This document shows, one piece after another, positions 18,038 to 27,079 of a DNA stretch of 64,000 nt (within the stretch, counting starts at the first letter, position 1; the number at the start of each line of letters is the position of its first letter). The stretch lies in contig OZ242279.1 of NCBI GenBank assembly GCA_965207265.1, positions 4,763,359 to 4,827,358 on the forward strand. Direction: 5' to 3'. The notes under the pieces are model-generated. The model was not told the origin of the DNA. It did not search any database and worked only from the letters and a program-made list of their open reading frames with translations. Source of the DNA: Vicinamibacterales bacterium. Its GTDB lineage: Bacteria; Acidobacteriota; Vicinamibacteria; Vicinamibacterales; UBA8438. Position numbers and translations under genes: made by a program.

Positions 18038-18650
18038 CGTGTGGTACAAGTGCCCTTTCAGCAACAACTTGCGCCACCACGAAGCCCCGGGCGACGCCCC
18101 ACACAGTATCACAACACTGTCGGGCTCGCGAACCGACGACCGCTCCTGGTCGCCGCTTCGACCGCGGCGGATGAGCTTTGAGGGCGGCGCTGATCCATCA
18201 GCAACACGCTGGCGCTCCTGACGCTGGCGCGGTCTCCTCTCGCCGTGGCCGCCCAGGTTGCGGGCCCGCCCCGCGGGCAGCGAGCCGACAGCGTTGCCGA
18301 AATGGGGCCTGCGCGTCTGCCCGCGAACGATCGGCCATCGCGCCGCGTGGGGTGATGCCGCCGCGCTCTGTCCCGCGGTCGCGCGGCGCCAGCGGATCCG
18401 TTTGGGACCAGAGCCGGATGAGGCAGATCGTCGAGCCTCTTGCAGAACCCTGCGATGGGGTGGTTTTCTTGCCCGACAGGGCAGGATGCTGGTGGGTCGG
18501 CCCGCCAAGGGTAGCACAATCGGGGCGGCCGACAGCGGCCGACCGCGACTGCGGGACCACCCCACCCGGCGGGTCAGGAAGGCGTTCTTTCGGTTATGGG
18601 AGTAACAACGGCCTGGGAGAGCGCGCGGACCGCTTTGGCACCTCGCGCGG
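18038..18650 (+). mobile_element. possible degraded IS1380-family left end and 5' transposase remnant
   Basis: 18038..18081 shares CGTGTGGTACAAGTGC ... TTGCGCCACCACG with the region just upstream of the IS1380 transposase start at 45703..45746. Downstream frames give weak matches (TVSQ..., EGGADPS...) to the N-terminus TVPQ...SDGGAILL. Confidence 0.3.
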
Positions 18651-18693
18651 TGTTTTCCTCGCTCATCGCGTTGCTGCTTGATATGGTTCCAGC

Positions 18694-19833
18694 ATGAGCC
18701 GTCTACGAGAATCCTTCGCCCCCTATTGGCAGTCGATTCAGGAGGCGCTGTTCCCCCACCTGGAGCAGACGCTGGGGCCACTGACCGCCAGGCAACAACA
18801 GTTGGTGCAGACCTTGGAGGTCGTCCGTATCGAGCAGTGGATTCCCCCGCACTTCCGGGCGCCGGGGCGTCCGCCGAGCGACCGCGCCGCGCTGGCGCGG
18901 GCATTCGTGGCCAAGGCGGTCTACGACATGCCGACCACGCGGATACTGCTGGACCGCTTGGACACCGATGTGGCGCTACGGCGCATCTGCGGCTGGGAGC
19001 GGCGGAGCCAGGTGCCGAGCGAGTCGGTCTTCTCGCGCGCCTTCGCCGAATTCGCCGATTCGCAGTTGCCCCAACGCGTGCATGAAGCGCTGGTCCGCGA
19101 GACCCACGGCGACCGGTTGGTGGGCCATCTCTCCCGCGACTCGACGGCCATCGAGGCGCGGGAGAAACCTGCCGCCAAGGAGAAGGCGCCGGCGCCCCCC
19201 AAGCGCAAGCGCGGGCGGCCGAAGAAGGGAGAAGAACGACCGAAGCGGCGCACACGGCTCGAACGGCAGTCCACCATGACCCTGCCGGAGATGCTCGACG
19301 ACCTGCCGACCGACTGCGATGTCGGTACGAAGAAGAACAGCAAGGGATACCGCGAGAGCTGGACCGGCTACAAGCTACACATCGACGTGGCCGACGGCCA
19401 AATCCCCATAACTTGCCTGCTGACGTCCGCCTCGGTGCATGACAGCCAGGTCGCCATTCCCCTGGCGACGATGTCGGCTGAGCGGACGACCAACTTCTAT
19501 GACCTGATGGATGCGGCCTACGATGCCGAAGCGGTCCGCGAACACAGCCGCTCACTCGGCCACGTCCCGTTGATTGACATCAACCCCCGCGGCGACAAGG
19601 CGCTGGCCGAGGAGTTGAAGGCCGAAGCCCGGCGCCTGCAGTGCATCGGCCTTCAACTCCCCGAACAGATCCGGTACAACGAACGCACGGCGGGTGAGCG
19701 CGTCAATGGCCGACTCAAGGACGAGTTCGGTGGCCGCCATATACGAGTCCGTGGCGCCTCCAAGGTGATGTGCCATTGCATGTTCGCCGTGCTCGCACTC
19801 ACCGCCGACCAGCTCCTGCGCCTTGTGACATAA
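18694..19833 (+). CDS. IS5/IS4-superfamily DDE transposase (DUF772-type N-terminus)
   Basis: 379 aa. N-terminal GRPPSDRAALARAFVAKAVYDMPTTRILLDRLDTDVALRRICGWE. C-terminal YNERTAGERVNGRLKDEFGGRHIRVRG. DDE_Tnp_1-like. Confidence 0.85.
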   Translation: MSRLRESFAPYWQSIQEALFPHLEQTLGPLTARQQQLVQTLEVVRIEQWIPPHFRAPGRPPSDRAALARAFVAKAVYDMPTTRILLDRLDTDVALRRICGWERRSQVPSESVFSRAFAEFADSQLPQRVHEALVRETHGDRLVGHLSRDSTAIEAREKPAAKEKAPAPPKRKRGRPKKGEERPKRRTRLERQSTMTLPEMLDDLPTDCDVGTKKNSKGYRESWTGYKLHIDVADGQIPITCLLTSASVHDSQVAIPLATMSAERTTNFYDLMDAAYDAEAVREHSRSLGHVPLIDINPRGDKALAEELKAEARRLQCIGLQLPEQIRYNERTAGERVNGRLKDEFGGRHIRVRGASKVMCHCMFAVLALTADQLLRLVT

Positions 19834-20423
19834 CCAACGCGTCGCCGGACCCCTCGCCCATCCCACCGCATGGCCTGACCGGCGTCAGGCCTCTACCGAT
19901 GTCCTCAGCTCGGTCGAGTGTCGAAGCCGCCGGTTTCAGCCTCTCGCGTGACGCCGGTCCTGTAGAACCAGACACAGGGTCGGCAACCCAGCGACAACAG
20001 CGTTCTCCAGAGCGTCAGGGCCCGCATCGAGCCGCAATCCCGCGGAAATTCTGCAAGTGGCTCCGTCGACAACGTGATAAACGACCTCGCCGACACTTGG
20101 CGCGAGACGCGGCGCCAGCCACGGCGAGAACGCGGGCACCGGCCAACGGCCGCGCCGTCGCGCCCCTAGCGCCCTAGCGACGGCGGCTCTGGGGGCGCTG
20201 AAGTACGAAGCTGTGCATCTTCACGAGCTGGGTATCTTCACGAGCTGGCCGACGGGTTTTCGGCCGAGCGGGTGATCGCGGACGACCTCGATGTTGGGGG
20301 CTGGGAAGTTAACGGAATGGGCCGTTATCCGACCCGGCCCAAGGGCCGGGTCAACCCGCCGAACCGCTCCAGCACCGGCACGGCTCGCGTCTCGCTGCGT
20401 AGCGCTACGGGTCAGCGCTGAGT

Positions 20424-20706
20424 TCACCGAAGTCGATCGAGTTGCTCCGGCGCCGCCGAAATCGTCGTGGTCCGCTGCCCGACGGTACCTCATGAGGGCT
20501 TCCACGGGGTCCTGGCGCAGGCCGTAGCCGTTCTCGTATGTCTGTCGGATGCTGGCCGGCGCGCGGGCATGTGCCTGTTCGTTCCACGGTGGTACCAGCG
20601 GACGGTCTGTTGCATCGTCCTGCACCACGCGGCGGCCTGTCGCGTACATCGAACCGAGGCTGTCCTGCCCGAGAGCAGGTCCCTGTTCGGCAGACGCCCG
20701 AACTAC
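20424..20706 (-). pseudogene. 3'-terminal Sel1-repeat fragment of a caspase-Sel1 paralog (frameshifted)
   Basis: Minus-strand frames give ASAEQGPALGQDSLGSMYATGRRVVQDD ... YENGYGLRQDPVEALMRYRRAAD and, in another frame, PEQLDRLR followed by a stop. The paralog-type 3' flank motif follows at 20308..20335. Confidence 0.5.
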
Positions 20707-20961
20707 CGGACGGCTTCGACGCCGCCTTGGGACACGCCGCCGCAACCCACGAGGTGGAAGACGCCAGGACCGTTTGCGGGAGCGTCTTCTTGGTCGACCA
20801 GACGGTCCGCGGGCACGTCGCGGAGACTTCGTCGTCTTGCGGCACGCCGGTCTCGTTGGCGCACGTGCCTCTGACGTTGCCCGGTACATCGGCCGAAACC
20901 CTGCCCAGGCGTTCTGCCTCCGCGGGCTGACGCCTCCGTCCGGCGGAAACCGGATCCGCCG

Positions 20962-21290
20962 ATGAAGGTCGACCAGCCGCACAGCCGCCGTCGTGACGAC
21001 GCGCTTCCGTCGGTCGAGGCGATGAGCCGGTCTCTGCGGTTGTGCGAGCGGTACGGTTTGCACGATCCGGCGGTCGCCCGGTTCCGCCGTCGGCCGGTAG
21101 AACGCGACAGCGGCTGGGGGGCCACGTCGAGACCCACCTCGCTCGGCTGCAGCGCGACCGCCTGCGCTCTTCGGTCCGGCGTGCCGGTCCGCGGCGACTG
21201 GCCGGAGTGGAACGTCGCCGCGAGGCATGCGGCGGTCGAGCACCTCGAACGAGCGGGCGCCGGCGTCACCGCGTCCCGCCGCTCGCGCTC
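20962..21290 (+). CDS. diverged member of the small MDDALPTV-family ORF (hypothetical), apparently truncated by the AbiE locus
   Basis: MKVDQPHSRRRDDALPSVEAMSRSLRLCERYGLH...GDWPEWNVAARHAAVEHLE aligns at protein level with 33179..33412 (MDDALPTVGVTMRFLALCQLHGSH...DDWTRWNGAQMRAAVEYLE) although the DNA has diverged. The rest of ORF 20962..22200 is antisense to 21298..22092. Confidence 0.35.
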
Positions 21291-21297
21291 GGCAACA

Positions 21298-22092
21298 TCA
21301 CAGGCCAGTTCCGAGACGATACCAGCCGAAAAGCTCGAAGATCTCAAGTCGGTGTTCGTCTTCCACGATGAGCTTGCCCGTCTCTCGAGCCACGACGCCG
21401 ATGGCGGTCGCCTCCGGACTATCGAATCGGTTGAGGACACCGTTCACGGTTTCGCTGACGGACTCGTCCAGGAAAGGCTTGGCCTCGTCACCGACCACGT
21501 AAGCGCCGGTGTACTCGTAGGGCACACCTTCGCCGTCGTGATCGACGCCGTACCGCCGATCATCGTCTTCGAGGTAGTGTTCCAGGCAATGGAGAACACT
21601 GGCGAGATCCTTGGGTTCCTCTCGGTCGCTGAAGGCCACGAGCTTCAGGAGGACATAGAGCGGCAGCGGGGCCACTGGCAGCGTCAGCTCACCTTGAATT
21701 GGAATGACGACAGCATTCGGCACGACGTAGCCGAAGCCGGCCATGTTCAAGATGAGGCCTTCTTCGAGTTCCAACCCATCTCGCGCGATCGCTTCGTTGA
21801 ACGGCAGGATGTCCACCCACCCCCCGTCGCGGTGGCTCAGGCGATGCGGTTGGCGTGTGCGCGTGAACCCGTAGTCGGCAAGCCGGTCCTTCAGCAGATC
21901 GAAATCCTCGAGTCCCTCGACGACGACGGCCACATCCACATCGTTGGTCTTGCGCAGCGGCTGTACATCCAGGAGAAGTTCGGGAACAAGTGCTCCCACG
22001 ATTCCAAACGGGATCTCCAACTCCCGCAGTCCGCGCTCAAGGTCGACGACGACCCGCATCAAGGCGGGAGTCTCAACGCGCGGCATCGTCAA
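21298..22092 (-). CDS. nucleotidyltransferase, AbiEii-like toxin
   Basis: 264 aa. Minimal NTase motif FGIVGALV...RKTNDVDVAVVV. Overlaps the upstream antitoxin-like gene by 20 nt. Confidence 0.7.
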   Translation of the reverse strand: MTMPRVETPALMRVVVDLERGLRELEIPFGIVGALVPELLLDVQPLRKTNDVDVAVVVEGLEDFDLLKDRLADYGFTRTRQPHRLSHRDGGWVDILPFNEAIARDGLELEEGLILNMAGFGYVVPNAVVIPIQGELTLPVAPLPLYVLLKLVAFSDREEPKDLASVLHCLEHYLEDDDRRYGVDHDGEGVPYEYTGAYVVGDEAKPFLDESVSETVNGVLNRFDSPEATAIGVVARETGKLIVEDEHRLEIFELFGWYRLGTGL

Positions 22093-23149
22093 GATCCTTG
22101 GGCAAGAGCAGTTCGGCTGCCTCCAGCGCCTGGCCGGTGCCTCGGTACCGCAACTCGGCGTAGGTCAGCAGGCCCGGAGCGACGGGGAAGTCGTCGTTGA
22201 TCTCACCGGCTATCGCCAGGGGGCCCGGCGGCTCGATGACCAGCAGGTTTCCACCTCGTGCAGCAGGCTGGGCGACGAGCGCCTTCTGGGCCTCGCGGTC
22301 CGCGAGCGCGCGGACGGGCGCGTAAATCTCCGTCTCGTCCGCGCGAAAGAAGGGCGTGCGTCGCTCGGCCGCGTCGGCACCCGTCAGCGCCCAGGGCTGT
22401 CCACGCTCGGCGAGCACGTTCTGCAGCCGCGGCCAGATCTCCTGTTTCTCCTTGGCCTTCACTTGGAACCGGCGCTCCTTCAGCCTGGGACGTAGCCCTT
22501 CGATGTAGGCCTGTGCCCACAACGCAACCAGCGCCTGCGGGTCTTCCAGTCTCCGGCCGTCCTTCCCCTTGAGCAGGAGCCCGCGTGCAGCCAGGTCGTG
22601 CATGCATCCGGCAACGGTGCCAAGGGCCACGTCCGCCTGGTCCGCCAGAGTACGGTACGGCGCATTGGTGAGGCCTGGACGGATGAGGACGGCCATGACC
22701 GTCTTGATCCAGCCCTTCTGCGGTCGGCCGGGAGCGGGAGGGAGATCTTTCTGTGGCCGGCGGCCTTCCACGTGAACAAACAGGCCTGGAGCCTGCAAAT
22801 GAGCGTTGCCGGCGAGATCGACGTAGTCGATCCCCGCACGCTCGAGCACGGCTGCCTGTTGTCGCCGGACGTGTGGCGCAACAAGGAGGACCCGGTCCTC
22901 CGCTCGGCCGGGGGGCAGGGTCGCTCGGCGTCGGTGCAGCTGCTCGACTACGATCCCAACATCCTGGTGGCGGAGGTGTCGCTTCTCCTCGACGAGGTAC
23001 CGAATCACACCCCTGGCGGCCTTCCAAGTGACGACGCCGTCGAATAGGGCCAGAGCTCTTCCGGTCGCGCGAATCTCGGCGTACGGCATCCACTTCCGCA
23101 GAGCAGGCCCGTACATGTCAAGGTAGGGCGCGGCTGCCACCCGGGTCAT
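22073..23149 (-). CDS. AbiEi-like antitoxin / transcriptional regulator
   Basis: C-terminal PVAPGLLTYAELRYRGTGQALEAAELLL is typical of AbiEi-family proteins as I recall them. Start at ATG 23149 preferred, because the ORF extension to 23185 is AT-rich operator sequence. Confidence 0.65.
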   Translation of the reverse strand: MTRVAAAPYLDMYGPALRKWMPYAEIRATGRALALFDGVVTWKAARGVIRYLVEEKRHLRHQDVGIVVEQLHRRRATLPPGRAEDRVLLVAPHVRRQQAAVLERAGIDYVDLAGNAHLQAPGLFVHVEGRRPQKDLPPAPGRPQKGWIKTVMAVLIRPGLTNAPYRTLADQADVALGTVAGCMHDLAARGLLLKGKDGRRLEDPQALVALWAQAYIEGLRPRLKERRFQVKAKEKQEIWPRLQNVLAERGQPWALTGADAAERRTPFFRADETEIYAPVRALADREAQKALVAQPAARGGNLLVIEPPGPLAIAGEINDDFPVAPGLLTYAELRYRGTGQALEAAELLLPKDLDDAAR

Positions 23150-23166
23150 GTTCAGAAGTCTAGCAC

Positions 23167-23200
23167 GTTCATTAGTAATGAACACAGATTATTTATGAAC
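23167..23200. promoter_or_regulatory. AT-rich palindromic operator/promoter candidate upstream of the AbiE-like operon
   Basis: GTTCATTA-G-TAATGAAC perfect palindrome at 23167..23183, plus a third ATGAAC half-site at 23195..23200, in the only AT-rich stretch of this neighbourhood. Confidence 0.4.
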
Positions 23201-23663
23201 AACAAGCACCGTGACCAGAATCGTCGGGCCAGTGCGGCCGGGTCGGTGTCTGCTCGGCCGCCTCGGCAAGATGCTCGCCTGGGTGATGAGCGGGCGTAGG
23301 CCGCGAGGTCAGGTGTACGGCCGTAGCGGGACCCGTGGGCCTGCTGCCCGGACCAGCCGCTGGCCCGCGCGGATGCGAAGGCTGCGCGCCACGGCAGGCC
23401 AACCGCGGCACCGAAGCGATGATGAACGATATCCGATGGAGCGAGCACCCGCTGTATGCGGACGTGGTGAAGAGAGTGCCGCCCGAGCTGCACCCGACGC
23501 TCGCGCGCGGTCGACTTGAGGGCAGCCGACGCGTGGCTGCACGAGGGCACGATGCCGGCGGGGCTCGACAGCGACGGCAAGAGTTTCGGGGGCCAGCAGG
23601 GCCCGGCGTTCCTGCGCGCGGCCGGACGCCGCTACATGCGGCGTTGGGTGACCGACGAGCACG

Positions 23664-24547
23664 GTGAGCAGTTCGCCAAAGGGCGAAGCCGGAATGCTCC
23701 TCGACAAGTGGCTCGACGAGATGCTGGCGTTCAGTGCAGGGCTGGGCGGGCGCGGACGGGGCATCTCGTGGCTGCCGGGGCGGGTGGAGGAGATCCACGT
23801 CGACAGCCGGAGCGGCGAGCCGCCGACGTACCGCTACTACACGGTCGCGGACTACTGCGAGACAGAGGGCATCTGGTTGCACGTTGACGCGGCGCACGGC
23901 GGGGCGCTCGCCATCGTGCCGGCGGGGGCTCGGCTGCTCGAAGGCATCGCGCGGCGGACTCCATCGGCATCGACGCCCACAAGTGGCTGTTCCAGCCGTA
24001 TGAAGTCGGCTGTCTGCTGGTCAAGGATGCGCGCACGCTCGCGCGGGCGTTCGGCATTCACCACGACATACTCCAGGATTCGGTATGGGGCGCTCGCCAT
24101 CCGAACGGGGCGGATCACGGCTTGCAGTTGAGTCGCCGGGATCGCGCCCTGAAAATCTGGCTGTCGATACGGATCTTCGGCATGGTGGCGTTCCGCGCGG
24201 CGGTCACGCAGGGGATCGATCTGGCCAACCGCGCGGCGACTTGCGTGGCGAGCAGTCCGACGCTCGAACTGCTGACACCCGCATCGGCGGGAATCGTCTG
24301 CTTCCGGGTCAATCCGGCCGGCGCGGAGCTTGACGAGGCGAAGCTGCATCGGATCAACAAGCACGTTCTCGCGCGCGTCTTCTGGGATGGCCGCGCTTTC
24401 ATATCGTCAACCTCGCCACACGACACTTTCGCACTCCGCATGTGCGTCATCAACCATACGACGACGTGGGATGACGTTCGCGAAACCCTGGAGAACATCA
24501 CCCGGTTGGGAATGGAAGCGGCTGCAAGCGCAGAGGTTATCGAATGA
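23664..24547 (+). pseudogene. PLP-dependent (group II) amino-acid decarboxylase pseudogene
   Basis: YCETEGIWLHVDAAHGGALAIVPAGARLLEGIAR, then a frame change to ADSIGIDAHKWLFQPYEVGCLLVKD (PLP-lysine motif), continuing into ORF 24122..24547. An apparent 1-nt deletion near 23950 and a large part of the N-terminal domain missing. Confidence 0.6.
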
Positions 24548-24652
24548 CACCTGACGGTACTCGTCGTCGGGATTGGTCTGGCGAGACTGGTTCTTCGGAT
24601 GGTTGCCCATGTCAAGGCGAACGCCTCGCCAGGGTTGAAGAAGAGAGGAACG

Positions 24653-25126
24653 ATGCGGCGAATTGCGGCGGGAATCGCACTCATGATCTTCGCCGGGGCG
24701 CCGGCGTTTGCGCAGACTTCCGTTTCCGTTGCGGTGCGGCATGCGATGCGCGCCGTCGGGACGCACGATGTCCTGCCCGCGACGGCTCAAGGACTGGTGA
24801 TCGGCACGTCGACGCAGGTGATAGGGCGCTTGGGAGCGTGGGGATCGTTCACGACCTGGCCGGAGCCGATCGGCCGAACACTCGCCTTCGGCGGGCGGTT
24901 CAACCTTGCGCGCGACGGCTGGCAGCTGCGCCCGGCTGTCCTGCTCGGCACGTGGCGCAAGCCGACACGCGGCGCACCGTGGCAGCTGATCTTCGGCGGG
25001 GGAGTCGGGTTCCGTATCCGAGGACAATGGAGCGGTAGTGTTGCACTCGGCGTAATCACGATTCGTTCGACCGGCTTGGCCTATGCCGTGCCACAGGCCG
25101 GCGTCGCGTACACACTACTGCCGTAA
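24653..25126 (+). CDS. small secreted, possibly beta-barrel, protein (hypothetical)
   Basis: Start ATG 24653 after GAGAGGAA. Signal peptide MRRIAAGIALMIFAGAPAFAQ. Alternating Gly/aromatic-rich sequence ending YTLLP. Confidence 0.5.
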   Translation: MRRIAAGIALMIFAGAPAFAQTSVSVAVRHAMRAVGTHDVLPATAQGLVIGTSTQVIGRLGAWGSFTTWPEPIGRTLAFGGRFNLARDGWQLRPAVLLGTWRKPTRGAPWQLIFGGGVGFRIRGQWSGSVALGVITIRSTGLAYAVPQAGVAYTLLP

Positions 25127-25135
25127 GGGGTCTAG

Positions 25136-25252
25136 CCGGAGACGACGCTGCAAACGGGACTGGTGCCACAAGATGGCCAACGTGCTCGACAAGCTGCCGA
25201 AGCGCCTTCGGCCGCGGGCGAAGCGGGCGTTGCGCGAGATCATGGTATGCGT
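25136..25252 (+). pseudogene. IS256 (Mutator)-family transposase fragment
   Basis: RDWCHKMANVLDKLPKRLRPRAKRALREIM matches the conserved (Q)RCW.HK..NVL.K.PK...AK..L..I motif of IS256-family transposases. No flanking parts of the gene are present. Confidence 0.45.
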
Positions 25253-25254
25253 CG

Positions 25255-26236
25255 ACGCTCCCTCGCCCTGCTCGTCGACGAACTTCATCCTGCTCAGAAA
25301 CGGCGCGGCGAACTGGCTCAGCCCGGCGTGACGCTCGGCCGTCTGCTCGAAGCGGGCCTTCCGGTCGCCTCGCGTCCAACTCGCCAGGTCGGACTGGTCC
25401 TCGCGCAACTTCTCCTCCGGCACGATGGACAGCAGTCGGGCGCGCAACTCGTCGTCGCCGACAACGGCAACTACCAGCGGGTCCTGTTCCACAGCGTCCG
25501 GACCGCGTCTGCCGACCGGGTGCGCGAGATGGCGGCCCCGCGTCGCCACCTCGGGCTGTTGTGCTTCCTGCACCAGGCGTGGCGCGACACGCTCGACCAG
25601 GCCGTCGACATGTACGGCAAGCTCCTCGACCGCAATCGGAAGCGGGTCGACGAACGCCTCGACGACATGCTCAAGGCGCAACGCCACGCCGTCGACCGGA
25701 TCGTTCAACGCTACCGCCGGCTCGGCGCCGTGCTGCTCGATCCCGACGGTGACCCAGCTCACGTCGATGTCCAGCAGGGCGCGGGCCTTGTGCCGGGCCG
25801 CTCCCACCGCACGGCGCAGCACCGAGTCGGCCGGCGCGAGAACGTGTTCGTCGCGGGGCCAGCCCCGCGCCCGCGCCAGCAGGGACGCCGTGCGGTCGAG
25901 CCGCGGCGCTTCGTCTTCGAGGAACCGCGCCAGCCGTTCGCCGGCGGCGGTGTCGAACGTGCGCAGACGCAGGTACTCACCGATGCGCTGCTGATGCTCG
26001 GAGACCGTCTGCTGCCGGCGCTCGTAGGCGTGGATCGTCTCGGCGTCGGCCCCCAGCTGCAGGGCCGCGAACCTCAGGATCTCCCCGTCGATTTCCAGGG
26101 GCGCTTGTTGGGGGAACCTCCCGAGCACACGCACGAAGGCGACCTGGTACGCGAAGCCCAACCGATTGTGGGGGCCCCGCCGCAGGGCGATCTCTCGTCG
26201 GTCGGCCTCGAGCACGCCCAGCAGATTGCCGGCCAC
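25255..26236 (-). mobile_element. Tn3-family transposase gene remnant (about the first 400 codons) with an internal inverted segment
   Basis: Minus strand 26236..25771: DUF4158-type RRGPHNRLGFAYQVAFVRVLGRFP...HAYERRQQTVSEHQQRIGEYL. Plus strand about 25460..25755: APRRHLGLLCFLHQAWRDTLDQAVDMYGKLLD (cf. Tn21 TnpA PQRRYATLVAL...DEIIDLHDRILGKL). Minus strand about 25430..25255: ERHAGLSQFAAPFLSRMKF (cf. ESYATLRRYAPEFLAVLKL). Confidence 0.6.
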
Positions 26237-26317
26237 GCGTCGCCGAGGACGACGAAGCTGTACGACCGGACGGCGGACACGGTCACGCTCGAGGAGATCG
26301 AACGCATCGTGATCTGA
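26222..26317 (+). pseudogene. C-terminal remnant of a tyrosine recombinase
   Basis: IAGHASPRTTKLYDRTADTVTLEEIERIVI followed by a stop. Resembles the LGHAS..TT..Y tail of integrases. A second copy of the tail (LDEIERIVI, stop) ends at 28248. Confidence 0.4.
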
Positions 26318-26517
26318 CGGGGCGCGAACGCGCCCGGCCTAGGTTGTCGTCGCCGGGGCCTGTTCGTCCTCACGCATGTCTGCGCGCCGGCCTTCGATCC
26401 GGACGCCGAGGTTCATCAAGAGGGTTGTGATCAGCACGGCCAGTCGGATTGCCGTCGTCAGGATTGTTCCGATCGTCGCTACGAGGATGATCTTCGTCTC
26501 GTTCGTCCTTGACCGCG

Positions 26518-26724
26518 CTACGCGGCGCGCTTGCCGGTGATCGCTTCGCGTAGCCCCTCCAGGAGCCCTTCGAGTTTCGCCATTCGCTCCCGCAGCTGTG
26601 CCATCTGTTCGCTGGTCTCTTTGCCCTGCGCGTCGATCCGGTCCCGCAGCATCTGGAAGCTGGCTCCCATGGCGATCAGGATCGTCACGCCCATTCCGAC
26701 CACCGTCCAAGATGTCGTGTCCAT
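26518..26724 (-). CDS. small membrane-anchored coiled-coil protein (hypothetical)
   Basis: 68 aa, one TM helix (WTVVGMGVTILIAMGASF) then a charged helix. Lower-GC islet. Confidence 0.45.
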   Translation of the reverse strand: MDTTSWTVVGMGVTILIAMGASFQMLRDRIDAQGKETSEQMAQLRERMAKLEGLLEGLREAITGKRAA

Positions 26725-26787
26725 TTCCTGGATTCTCCCGTTCGTCCTTCGTTCGTGTCAACGGTTGCTCTGGGCCAGCCCGCACCT

Positions 26788-27079
26788 GCTCAGAGGTGCT
26801 CTCGGGCCTGCCGGCCACGGAAGCCGACGACGTCTGGTTCTTGTGCGTGGTGCTGCACGAGATGGTGGCGGGCGAGCACCCGTTCGCCGGCGGGGCAGCG
26901 ACGAGGTGGCGGGCCGTATTCGGCGCCGGCGCCTCGGCCGCGATGTCTGGCCGGCGGCGGCCTCCGAGTCGTCGTCGGCCGTAGTCGCCTTCACGGCGTC
27001 GATGCTGACCGCATCCCGGGCGGCGGGGCCGGCGACGGCGCGGGCGTTCTCCGCCGCGCTCTCCGGAATCCTCCCCTGA
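26788..27079 (+). pseudogene. 3'-terminal fragment of the Ser/Thr kinase gene (copy 1, frameshifted)
   Basis: Near-identical to 32770..33063 (EVLSGLPATEADDVW.LCVVLHEMVAGEHPFAGG...), with a 1-nt deletion after FAGG. Followed by the same downstream sequence as the full gene. Confidence 0.75.

Noticed and set aside
17948-19555. 535-aa minus-strand ORF
   Set aside because: It is antisense to the IS5-like transposase and spans noncoding IS debris, with low-complexity Arg/Pro/Ser composition.
21291-22200. Remainder of plus-strand ORF 20962..22200
   Set aside because: Beyond about codon 110 it is antisense to the AbiEii-like gene. Only the first part shows family conservation.
26339-26517. Small hydrophobic ORF tail (KIILVATIGTILTTAIRLAVLITTLLMNLG...) on the minus strand
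   Set aside because: No ATG, GTG or TTG start upstream in frame. It may be a remnant or use an unusual start, and that is not supportable from sequence alone.
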